This document shows, one piece after another, positions 8,686-20,560 of a DNA stretch of 64,000 nucleotides. Each line of letters begins with the position of its first letter. Within the stretch, counting starts at the first letter, position 1. The notes below the pieces were generated by a model. It was not told where the DNA came from, made no database searches, and saw only the letters and a list, made by a program, of their open reading frames with translations. A program made the translations under genes and the position numbers. The stretch spans positions 62,226,788 through 62,290,787 of the forward strand of contig CM120640.1 in the NCBI GenBank assembly GCA_051362555.1, given 5' to 3'. This DNA comes from Lingula anatina (lineage: Eukaryota > Animalia > Brachiopoda).

Positions 8686-11600
8686 ATGGATAGTGGGTTA
8701 GAGACAGACGTAGTACGCTCCGGCTCCTCAGAGGATGTAGAACCAGATGCTGCACCCTTTAGCCCAACGTCTGCTTTTGCTCCAACCATTACCATCAAAC
8801 TTCCTGCAAAATTCTCTCAGTCTTTGTTATCAACCAAAGAGAGCCCCAGTGATGACAAAGAAGATGACACAAGTGGAATCCAACCTAGTGATGATGTCAA
8901 CAGCTTAGATTCTGGTATACACTCATTAAGTGTTTCTGACATTGATGAGAAAGACTTGCCTCTGAAATTACGTATTCCACAGTATGATGCCTTGCTGCTC
9001 TTTGATGAAAGAGATAAGACTGATGCTTTGGAGTTGAGGGACATACTGGAGACAGATGACAAGTTACTTCTGAAAGATAAAAGCCACATAAAAATTTGTA
9101 CCACAGACGATGAGGTTTTCTGTGAAATCCAGTCTGACCTCCAGCAAATTGATACTGCAGTGGAATGTAGCACTTTCATACTGATGTACATGTCGGAACA
9201 TTTTGTTGGTGACAAATGGCTAGATTTACAAAGAGATGAGATAATAATGACTTGTATTTCTGAAGAAGAGAAAAAATGGTGTGTCATTCCATTGTGGACA
9301 GTCCCTAAGAGAAAAGCACCTTTCAAGATTCCATTTGGTTTGCGTTCATTGAGGGGGATTGACATTGGATCAATAGACCAGTATTTCTACAGGAGTGTGA
9401 AAAATGTATTTGATGCTAAACTGTCTCAAAAGGAAAAACGCAGAAAGGCACTTGAAGATGAAAAGCAGACTGTAATTGAGAAGCTAAAGCAAAAAAAGCA
9501 ACTGGCACAGAAACGTCTTGAATTTGAAAGGGAAGAAGAACAGAAGCAACTTGAAAGTGAGAAAAAGTTATTCTTTGCAAAACAACAGAAAGAAGCTCAA
9601 GATGCTGAGCATCACAGAAAGTTTGAAATTTTATATCAGCAACTTCAAACATCAAAACAAACACAAAACCATTTACTACAGGAAGAAATATTAAGGCAAG
9701 ATAAAGAAAGACAACAAAAGAGGTACCAAATCAGTATGGAGAAAATTCAGCATGGTGAAATAACAATGAAAAATCCTTCACAACAGCCTATTCCACCAGA
9801 AATGATGGCCTATCAAATGCAGGGGCAGCCATTTCTTCAGCAATACCCAGTGAATCAAGGTCATGCTGGATCACACAACATGAATTTCTATGGACATCCT
9901 CCTGTGCCACAGTACAGTTGGCCCTATCCAGCACCACCTGGTCATCCTTACTTTGGGGTTCCAGAACCATTCCCGTATCATGGATCACATGGGCAGCCTT
10001 ATATGGGACAGTCACAGCCAGTATTGAATCCTGGATTGCAAGGGTATGGAATGCCTTCTCAACAGCCAGGGTACTCACAATACTCAGGCAGACCCCAGAT
10101 GCTGGAGTCCCAATTAAGCACAGTGAGCATGTGTCCACCACCTCAGTCAAATGAACAACAGTGTGAAAGGCAAGAAATACAAAATTCTTCACCAGCAGCC
10201 CAGTCATCAACCCCTGTGTCAGCTACTAAAACCCCAGATAACCAGACAGGTGGAGGTGGAGTGCAGATGGGTCATGGTGATGATCACCCAGTGGTCACTG
10301 CATCACATCAAACCAGTGTGTCCCAGCACAGCACGACTGCTGCCACTTCACAGGGTGATACCATGGGTACAGAGAGAGATGATGGTTCAGATGTGGTGGC
10401 TGACTGTTCTCTTACACCTGTCACTTCAACAGGTGTTCTCTCAACAACTGCAACTGCTGGCTCCTCGACTTCAGTGGTGCCACCCCCCTTATCTATCACA
10501 AGAACCAACAGGGAGCCCACAGAGCAGGAAGATGACAGCATGGTAGAATCCAGTGAGACAGGGAATGGTGGAGATGAGAAGCTTGAAGATTCCACTGAAT
10601 TGCCTATACATAAAATATCCTCACCTTCCAAAGAATACCGCCCACTGGCAAGAAACAGAAGACAAGGAGAAAGTGCCCAGTTTGTCAAAAGCAAGAAGAA
10701 AATGGGGCTGGATGATGGAGAAAGAGAAATATGTGGTGTTGTGACAGGTGGCCCACAGACTGAAGTCATGGTTGGAGAGTCAGCAAATGCGGGCCATCGT
10801 GGAGCCTCTCCAGTAGCTAGAATGAAAAAAAGAGACCCTGGAGTTGATCATGAAGCCACTGGAAGTCACAGAAAAGGAGAAAATTCTTCTTCAGATGAAG
10901 AATCTGATGACAAATCAGGGCCACACACCCACAGAAGTTCAAGAGTTGTGAAAGAGGTTCATCACCACTATTATGGTGCACGACCTGAGACCAATTCACA
11001 AGGTTCTGAGAGGCCTCCAGTAGCCCCTGCCCCTACACCAGCAGCAGTTCCCCCACAGCCCCCAACACAGATTATCAACATTTATAACTCTAGTGGGATC
11101 CAGATTGGGAATCATAACACAGCAGTGGTGGGACAAAGTCAAGATGTCGTCCCTGATGGCCCAGAGTCACCACAGGATGGCCAGTCATCACCACTACGGC
11201 CTCCAGAGGGCCCAGCTTCACCAGACAGTGGGAATGAATGGGACACCACTTTAGACAGAACTTCAGTACAGAGCCCTAGTAGTAGCACGTAAGTTTTGTA
11301 ACAGAACTGCATTATATTTTTTGCAATTTATCTCTAACAAATGTAAATTTTCTTTTTTTTTCATGGTAGCGTGCTTTATGGCATATAGATATGTGTATGT
11401 TGTAAATTGACTGCACTTCATTTAATAAACCAAGTGTTTGATAAAACATGTTTCTACTTTTTCAAAAAGGTGAATTGTAAGTGTAGAAGATCAATGAAAG
11501 TGTGCTCATTTCCTTAACTTCTACTACAATATTTCAGTCCCTCCAATAGTACAGTCCCTGGTCAAGTACTCATCTCCTGTGGAAGTCCTAATTTACAACC

Positions 11601-14600
11601 TTCACTTTCAGGTAATTAGCTTCTTCCCAGTTGGCTTAACTGAGCTGTCCAGACTGACAGTCTTCTCTCAGCTAAATCAACTGAAAATATGAAAATACCT
11701 TTCTACAAAATTATGACCTATGTCTGGAAAGACCCAGGGGGCTGTTTTTATCTTTCTTTGTAATTGACTTTGCATATATTATGATGTGAATAGATTCACT
11801 GAACATTAGCTCACTAATGTTAAGTACAATTGAAATCCCAGCGGGCACTCAACGTTGATTCAACATTGAGGATAGGTTGAGATGATGTTGATCCATCAAT
11901 ATTGATAGATCAACAAGATCTCAACATTGAATCAACCTTTTCTTGTCATCCAATTGTCAATGTTGATAGATCAACAGGGTCTCAACATTGATTTAACCTT
12001 TCTTTGTCAATCAATTTTCAATGTTGATAGATCAACAGGATTTCAACATTGAATCAACCTTTTCTTGTCAACCAATTGTCAATGTTGATAGATCAACAGG
12101 GTCTCAACATTGATTTTACCTTTCTTTGTCAATCAGTTTTCAATGTTGATAGATCAACAGGATTTCAACATTGAATCAACCTGTGTTTGTAAACCCTTTG
12201 TCAATGTTGACATATCAACTGGATCTCAACATTGGGCCAACCTTAACTTTATAACCTTAATCATAACCTTGATAATAGTTTTAAATGATTATCTCACTAG
12301 AGAGGTATGCATAGGGGTAATTACCCCTCATAAAACACTTGTTTTACCCCTTTTTCATTAAAATTAATTTTGTGAAAAAAGCGGTCGTCAGTTTTTTTAA
12401 CTTTCCACAGGTCTTTAAGAAAAAGAAAAAACATAGGGTCACCAGCCTTACTTTATGGCAAATTGACAAAATTTTACTCAAGGTTGAAGAAAAAGCTTGA
12501 AAAAGCCAAAAATGCCTGTTTTTCTGGAAATTGAAGTTAGCTGTGAGAAAAAAATTAGACTGGTGACCCTTTGTTTTTGTATTCTTAAAATAATCTTAAC
12601 TACCTGATGTGACGTTATAATTATTTTAGTAAAGCTAATTTGTTGTTTAATTTTTATGAGTAATTACCGTATGTGCCTGCATACTTGTATAATGTAAATG
12701 AAGTGCGGGACTGTTATTAAGTGCGAGACTCCGGATAACATGAACTGATGCAACACGTGAGTGTGGACAGTGTGTAACACTTTTACAGTACAAAAACTGT
12801 ACTTTATTAACAGTACTTTGTGAGGCCACACTATCAGGAGGATCGTTCAACAGATAAGGACATGGAAAACGGTGACATTGCGTCTTCCAAACCCCACACT
12901 ATCAGGATGATCGTTCAACAGATAAGGACTCGTAAAACTGTGACATTGCGTCTTCAAAACTTGACTGTCTACGAATCTGTTAGAATTTAACTGTATTTGA
13001 CAAATGTTAAAGTTTATGCAACATGATAGTATTACATGTAGTTAGTTTATGTAGTGTATGTTCATTGTTTGTAATATATTATATTCATAGTTAAGTTAGT
13101 TGTTGTTTGTGTTTTTTTATGTTCGGGCTGTTTTGGTCCGTAACACTGAGCATCAAACTGGAAAGTTTAAAAAGAATCTGACGACCCATAGGTGGATACA
13201 GGGGCCGGTCCCGGGGTCTGGACCCCCCCCCCCTTTTCTTCCGAATTACCTTTTTTTGTAGGTAATTTTCCCAATTTCCCCCCCTTTTCAGATCTGAGTC
13301 TTTTTATTTCAAGAAATGCTTGATATCTTGGAGAACAACTCAGCCATCAGGCAAATTTCAATCAAATATCCTGATAGCCTAATTGATATATCAACGTTAA
13401 TTCAATTTTCAAATTCAACTTTATTTCAACATTGATTCAACATTGAGGTATCAATGTTGATTCAGCATTGATACCTCAAGGTTGTTTCAACCTTGATGGT
13501 TCAAGGTTGATTCAACCTTGATGGTTCAACGTTGATTCAACTTTCATAGTCAACGTCATATCAACATAGTTTCAGTGTTGACTGTCAACGTTGATTCAAC
13601 ATTGATACCTCAAGGTTGATTCAACCTTGATGGTTCAACGTTGATTCAACTTTCATAGTCAACGTCATATCAACATAGTTTCAACGTTGACCGTCAACGT
13701 TGATTCAACATTGAGACCTCAAGGTTGATTCAACCTTGATGGTTCAACGTTGAGTCAACTTTCATAGTCAACGTCATATCAACATAGTTTCAACGTTGAT
13801 AGTCAACGTTGATTCAACATTGATACCTCAAGGTTGATTCAACCTTGATGGTTCAACGTTGATTCAACTTTCATAGTCAACGTCATATCAACATAGTTTC
13901 AACGTTGATCGTCAACGTTGATTCAACATTGATACCTCAAGGTTGATTCAACCTTGATGGTTCAACGTTGAGTCAACTTTCATAGTCAACCTCATATCAA
14001 CATAGTTTCAACATTGACTGTCAACGTTGATTCAATATTGAGACCTCAAGGTTGATTCAACCTTGATGGTTCAACGTTGAGTCAACTTTCATAGTCAACG
14101 TCATATCAACATAGTTTCAACGTTGACCATCAACGTTGATTCAACATTGATTCAATGTTGATTTGCCCGCTGGGAATATAGCTCTGTGATATAAACTTTA
14201 TTAATGAAATGTAACATTTTATTATTCATACACAGTTAATGAATTTTTTTTGTGAATTCTATACAATTTATCAGATTAAAAATTGCCATCTAACTGCTTT
14301 GTACAGTGAAATCATCAGGAGAAATGAAGTGTTAAAAGCACAGTAAGAATGAACCTTGTAATGACCATGTTCCTTTTTCTGTTGCAGCTAATAGCTTATT
14401 AACAGATCTATTCAACCAAGCACAGACACGTGATGAAGAGCGTTTCATTGGTCATAATAATGTCATAGCATACCATGACCAAGAAACTGGCAAGGCAAAA
14501 ACACCATACAGCAGTTATTTTCAAGGCAATGAAGAATCTACATCAACCTATGGCAGCCTCCCAGATTCTGTCGTCCCCAGTCTTCAACCAGTGGAAACTA

Positions 14601-15766
14601 AGACACCAGTAGCAACTGCAAAGCCAACCATCAGAGTAAAACCTGTTGCTGCAGTCAGTCCTATTAGACCACAGGTAACCCCTGGTAACAGCGGTGATTT
14701 GAGTGAGACTGACCCTAAATCAGTATCACCTCAGGATGACACAATTCCCAAACAGCCAATAGGCTCCAGGGGAGGAAGCCCTGATGTTCAGGGTAATTGG
14801 GATCAGACTGCCCTCAAATCACCAGTGGGAACAAATGACACACAAATGGCAGTACTTAAGCCATTTGACAGTGTGGATAATACATCTGTCAAACAAGTGG
14901 GTGGTGATTCTGAAGAAAATGCTGTGCGGTCCACTGCATCACCACCAGTTCACAATGAAATGCTCGCAGGTATTCCATCTCATTTGCGTAATGTAAATGA
15001 AAGTGAGCCTGCCAGTGGAGTGAACTTGAGCCACAATTCTTATAACATGGATAATCTCTACCCAAGCAACACAGAGGGTGAGGACAGCATTACACAATTG
15101 AAGAGACAGGCCCAACAAGAAGATCTGGAATTAAATGTAGGTCGTGGTTATAATGGAGATGAAAGTGATGACTTTGTAAACCTTGGCACTGAGGCAGTGG
15201 CCATGTCCCATAAAAATATAAAACATTTAGAGAATCCTGCAGCTAGCCATCATAGTACTGGACCAAGCAGTGAGCAATCAAGTGAGCAATATATATCCAG
15301 AAATCCAAGTGAAGTCAGAAGTGAAGAGAGCGGCTTGGGAGTCAGCCTTGATGCAAGTGCAAAGAGGATAAAACCAGCATTTGTTAAGCCAAAGTTGGCT
15401 ATAGTACCCACAGCAAATGTTAATCCCCAGAAACCTATAGTTGAACTTGCCCTGGAAAATCCCCAGGAACAATCTCGTGAAGCATCACAAGTCATGTCTC
15501 CTGGCAGCAGTGGTCTGGGAAGAAGTGTGTTAGGTGAGAGCAGCTCTCCTGGTCCAGAACACCCAGTGCAATCTCAACTACCACCATCTAAGTTGGCTGA
15601 GGGTATGCCGTCGTTTTCTACAGAACCAGTTCATCAAAATGTTCCAGTAATGAATCCAGTTCAGGATTCCCCGAGGAATGACACTCTTGAGAAAGATACT
15701 GAAGATAGTGAAGATGGATCAGAGTCATCAGGAAGAGATGCTAAGAAAAAATGCATTATTCAGTGA
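8686..15766 (+). CDS. TICAM/TRIF-like adaptor: TIR + coiled coil + Q/P/G/Y-rich region + RHIM + C-terminal CaaX, about 1351 aa. Coding exons 8686-11288, 11538-11611, 14388-15766
   Basis: Acceptor ttttag| before 8681 and ATG at 8686. The phase-2 donor AC|GTAAGT joins atttcag|T at 11538. The phase-1 donor G|GTAATT joins gttgcag|CT at 14388, which reads open into ORF 14591-15766; the total is 4056 nt. TIR at about 8983-9420 (YDALLLF...WCVIPLW...PFGLRSL...FYRSVKNVF). RHIM IINIYNSSGIQIGNHNT at 11071-11121. The protein ends KKKCIIQ-stop. Confidence 0.85.
11837..14174. mobile_element. Non-autonomous CMC/EnSpm-like DNA transposon with subterminal tandem arrays, inside an intron of the TIR-RHIM gene
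   Basis: Termini CCCAGCGGGCA ... TGCCCGCTGGG with AAT on both flanks. The left arm has about six 61-bp units (11880-12240) and the right arm about six 109-bp units (13490-14150), both built from TCAACRTTGA palindromes. No transposase ORF. The superfamily is inferred from the termini. Confidence 0.8.
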
Positions 15767-18700
15767 AGAAAACCATAATAATTGAGTTTGTTTGCATTAA
15801 GTAGAAACTGTACTTGTTGCCTTCAATTTATGTGGCATTTTTTAAAAAACTTTTCAGAAAAGCAATTGTCATTAATATATTTTTCACTCATGCTGGTTCA
15901 GAAAATTTGCTGACACTGCTATGTGTGAAATTGGATTTGAGGGCACATCATACGCAACAGATCCAGCAATCAATTCAGTTATGCTTCTGCACTCCAGCTA
16001 AGAATGTCAGCTCCATATTTCAGTATTTTTCTGTAAATGGATCTATATAACAATTGTACAGTTTGGCCAGAGGGTTTGCTGCTGTGTCACATTCATCAAG
16101 GATTGCCAAGAGTTTTTGCAGTCTTGTCAGTCATTTTACGAATTTTGGTTGCTTTGCTTTTATGTTCTAAGAATAGGAAACAGTAGGCTTATTTAAGTCC
16201 CATGACCTTGGTTTATATTGATAATATGTCAAAATTATGGCAACAATTGTTGTATATGCTCCTAGTAGCTTCAGTCAATACAGTAAGCCCAAGCACAATA
16301 ATTGACATATGTGTACCAGCATACCAACATAAATGTTTGCCTTACATTTCATTTATCTTTGTGTTAGATGTTCTATTGAAGTTTGTCATTCAATCAGATG
16401 TAAGCAAATATACATTTGCTTTATGGTTGTAAAATAAATGCATGTACATACTTTTTTCTCTTTAATATGAAAAGGACACGTTCTTGTATTGCCAAGCAAA
16501 AAGATGAAAAATGAGCATAAATACTACTGGGAGGCGATGTAACATTTGGGTTTAAAATTCTCTCTTGGGTGTTTAAGTTCTTTTGTGTTGGGGCCTGGTT
16601 AAAATGTCATGATATTTAGAATTGTAAGTATTACTGAAGTCCGCATTTGATGCACAAATGTCACTGAACTTGTTTGATCAAGTTAATCCTTTTCATAGAA
16701 AGCTTCAGATGAAAACATCTGAAAAAAACTTTAAAATCTGCCATAGACAAAGATTAAGGTTTAAAGAAACCTGCTTCTAAAGCAGGTTAAGAGGATTTTT
16801 TAAAATCACTATTAATATAAAATATTAAATGTTGTAGATATGTGTAATTGTATATATTTTAACTTGTATGTTTACTAGAGGATGAGCATTATGTTTGCAA
16901 TATGTTTCATTGCACATGAACATACTAAAAAGATTTGTCTATTGCTGTATTGTTTGTCTTTGATTCAAAGAAAGATGTTTATATAACAGTGTGACTGAAG
17001 CAAAGTATAATTTTTCTATATTTAGTTACATGTATGTATCTTGGACGTGAAGATTCCTTTTTTTCTTGTTATTTAGTACCAAATGCACTCAAACTTCTTA
17101 AAATAAAAAAAAAAAACAACTTAAGTATGGTTGACTATGATATATATGATACATTGCTATAATTTATTTTATGGTTGGATGCTGGATCTTACATATTTTC
17201 CTTATTAGAAAGATTTTACCGGTGTATATCCCCAGAGACCACACCAAGTTTATTTACGTTTTCTCCCATGTGATGAGACTGTAAAACTTCCAGACTTTGT
17301 AGTTGATGAGGGGAAATTACTCTTGCTCTGTATTAGATACCGGTACTAGTAGCATGCTACTGAGTCAAATAATGGAGCAAAGATATGAGGCCCAGGAAAG
17401 AATTTCTTCATTAGTTATTTGCATTCAAAATTACTACAAACGTTTTTATCAAGCAGTGACTAAAAGTCATAGTTATTACTACTCATTCACGTTTCTTCTT
17501 CATCTGATTTGTAGCTGTATGATTAAGATTTATGATCCCTTAAAATGCTGTGCATTTTCTGTAGCTCCATTAATGATGTACATGCGACCCGTGTTCAATT
17601 TTATATGTAAGAGTAAGACAAGGAGTGTATACTAATTGATATCATTCAAATATTTAATATAATAGAATTTAATCCCAAGGCAACCTGGCACCAGTGCAAC
17701 CTGGCACCAGCCTGTGAGCAGGTGGACCATTAATTATGTATGACACTGAAAGAACATTGATTTTTCTAACCAGATAACTTGTCACATAACATGGAGGTTC
17801 ATTTTGGATGGGTTTGCATATCCAGTGAGATGTTTCGTGCATTATTCATGTTACAGTGTTGGTATAGTGGTTTTGTCATTCCTTGCGTATAATCAAATCA
17901 AAGACGTAATTATGTATATGATTCTACCAAGGCTGGATCATCGCTGTTGTGTAACGCAGATCGTTTAACCGAATAAATTTTTTTCTTGTAAAATTGGATT
18001 TTCTGTTTGCTCGGCTTTGTTGAATTTCAAAATGACGTGTATGTAGGAACAGCGAATATATCATGTTTTTAAAGCCTACTCGCATGCCTGTCACCAGAGA
18101 TTGAAAAGAAGTAAGGCACACCACCCGTTCTACCGAGCTCTGGAACCCTCTCCTGGGGCCCCTTGGCAAGTCCTGTTAGTGAAACACAGCCTGAGAAACC
18201 AGACACGGCAAATGCCTAGTTTGCCTCGACGTAGCGAACGGATAATGCAGCGAAGATGGTTTTTACATGGGAAATTCAAGCCATCTCCACAAGCGTACTT
18301 CCAATCTCAGCTTGCTCTATACACATGTAAGAGTAAGACATTTAACTTGAATTTACGCAGTTAAGAGTGGGCGCACATGAACAAGCCCTGTGAATAGTAG
18401 AATGGGGATTATAATATGTGTTTCTCTATAGAAAACGTAACTATCAGCATATATAATCTGTGCCGGGGTCGCCATATTATTGACAATGTTTCTTCTAAAT
18501 ATGATAACATAACAATAAGCAGACCCTTTCAGACAGTGAACGCCAATTCTCACATCCAATGCTGGGATTGGCAGTCGCGATGAAAGGTATCCCTCAGTAT
18601 ATGCCGCTTCATGTCAATCAACGGAAAATATCCCACACGACTATCTTTTCGCGAATATAGTTTGCTATATTGCCTCATTTGCACATGAATGCTGATACGG

Positions 18701-20346
18701 AAGAATGTTTGAATAGAATGCATATATTCGTAGGAGATCAAGTTGTAATTATGAAAGGCTCATATTTTGTTTATTTCCATTTTAAAGAGTTTTGGGGAAA
18801 GGACCAGTCGTTTGGACTTTTGGGATATGCGGATTATGCCTATGTGCTCCCAGAAATGTATTGATTACTTTTGTGTGATAGGGCTATTTGTACACCTAGT
18901 AGCATACCCCAGCAGCATTATTTTTATTTTTATGAACATGCCTGGTAATGGATGGGAGTAAACTACATGAAATTTTGACATGTCCAAGAAGAAACGTGTA
19001 TAAGGTCCTCTTATTACCCTTGAACTAACTGGTCTAATCCACTAACACTGGAGCACTACTAATAAGAGGCATATGCATATATGGAATAATACAGGATACT
19101 TAATAAAATACTTCTTTTCACCTGCGAACTGTATTTTACTTATTTATGTATTTGTTTGTTTGTTTGTTTATTTATCTAATTATTTATTTTGATTTATCTC
19201 CTCAAATCCCTCTTCTACTTGTCGCTATGCGCTCTGCTAAATTCTCTGTGTACTACTACTAATAATAATGATGCGGTTTCTATAATCACCTGGGACATTT
19301 CTAATACACATTACAGTCCGCCTGCGGATAATCCACTCTCATTTTCTAAAAGCATCAAGTCAAGGAAGAATGATATTTCGAATTGCTTGATTTCACATGA
19401 GAGAATTTTTACTTTGTATTACAAAAACAATATCTTGACGATCAGTCATTTTGTATTATTTATGAATATCTTGGGAATGGTTCTAGTGGTGTTTTGAGTG
19501 TCTGACACGAGATTAACTGCTGTAATAACTTCAAAATCTAGATTTGTATATTCTTGTATTTACATCAGAGGACGAGTGCAACAACAAAACCGGCCAGTGT
19601 AATACCATACACTGGTGATATGCATGGCTACGAAGAAGTTCAAAAGTATCAAGAGTTAGTAGAGCACATGAAATTAAGATGTCTGTGTTACACGATTAAA
19701 TGTCTTTAAGCAAAATCACTGAAATATCTAAAAAACGATCCTGCACTGAAAATTCAAAAACTTATGATTGGAACAGTCAGATATGATTATTTTCAGCATT
19801 AAGGTGTTATTGCTGGTAGCAAGGGTATTTGTCGGATGGTGTCGATGTGGTTATTCTTTTTACGGAGGCAGACTCAATACTCCTATCCCGTAAGTGTAAA
19901 GACATACCTTCGTCCAAAAAATAGACTATGGTGGCATCTAACGAGATTACCACTGCCCCCACTATTACATTAATATTCACAAGCAGTAGAAAAGTTAGTG
20001 AAAAACACGTGTATAAAAATATTAACAGTGGATACAGTGTTAACACCTGAAAGTTTTTTCTCACTAATTATGCTTTTTTTAAATTTTATCAATAAAGTGA
20101 TTCGTTTATTTATTTATTTTATTTATTTATTTATTTATTTTTTGTACGGTGTTAACATCTCACAAGTTTCGACAACTGCAACCGTCTTATTTGGCAAATG
20201 CAGTCAATCAACATATAATGGTAGTCATTGGGCTTGTCAATCTGGAGGAATAAGTAAATGAAGTGGATGCATATATTAAGCAACATTATAGACAAATATA
20301 TGAGCAGTGGTACAGATACTGCCATACATATATACGTTCAAACATA

Positions 20347-20560
20347 GGCTCTGTTCTCACAACTTTTAGATCGATCTATCACCGCGGGGAGTCTCACTAG
20401 ATTACTGTCAGATAATCCCCCTTAAGTGTCCGTCCCCGCCTACTACAAGCTTTAAGGGGTAATTAACTTTCGTGTCCGCCCGGCTGACAGCTATTTAGCG
20501 TGAACCCCCAGGGAGTTAGGTCGATCCAATGTAGGTCGATCTAATCTATGAGAATGGGGT
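20347..20560 (+). mobile_element. MITE family A, copy 1
   Basis: Shares GATCGATCTATC, GGGAGTCTCACTAGATTACTGTCAG and GCGTGAACCCCCAGGGAGTTAGGTCGATC, in reverse complement, with 47620-47866 and 57449-57663. Confidence 0.8.

Noticed and set aside
13490-14150. Regularly spaced palindromic repeats that superficially resemble a CRISPR array
   Set aside because: The units are near-identical 109-bp tandem copies with no unique spacers and no cas genes. They lie in a eukaryotic intron inside transposon termini.
14442-14472. RFIGHNNVIAY as a second RHIM
   Set aside because: It has IGxxN but lacks the (I/V)Q(I/V)G core and the upstream hydrophobic strand; too weak to call.
14591-15766. 391-aa ORF as an independent gene
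   Set aside because: It starts at GTG and is open back to the acceptor at 14388, in phase with the upstream exons. It is better explained as the last exon of the TIR-RHIM gene.
17900-20060. Coding-looking stretches with several short ORFs, including a CNNKTGQC fragment near 19577
   Set aside because: No recognisable domain, stops in all frames, and no consistent splice model; possibly a decayed gene or repeat.
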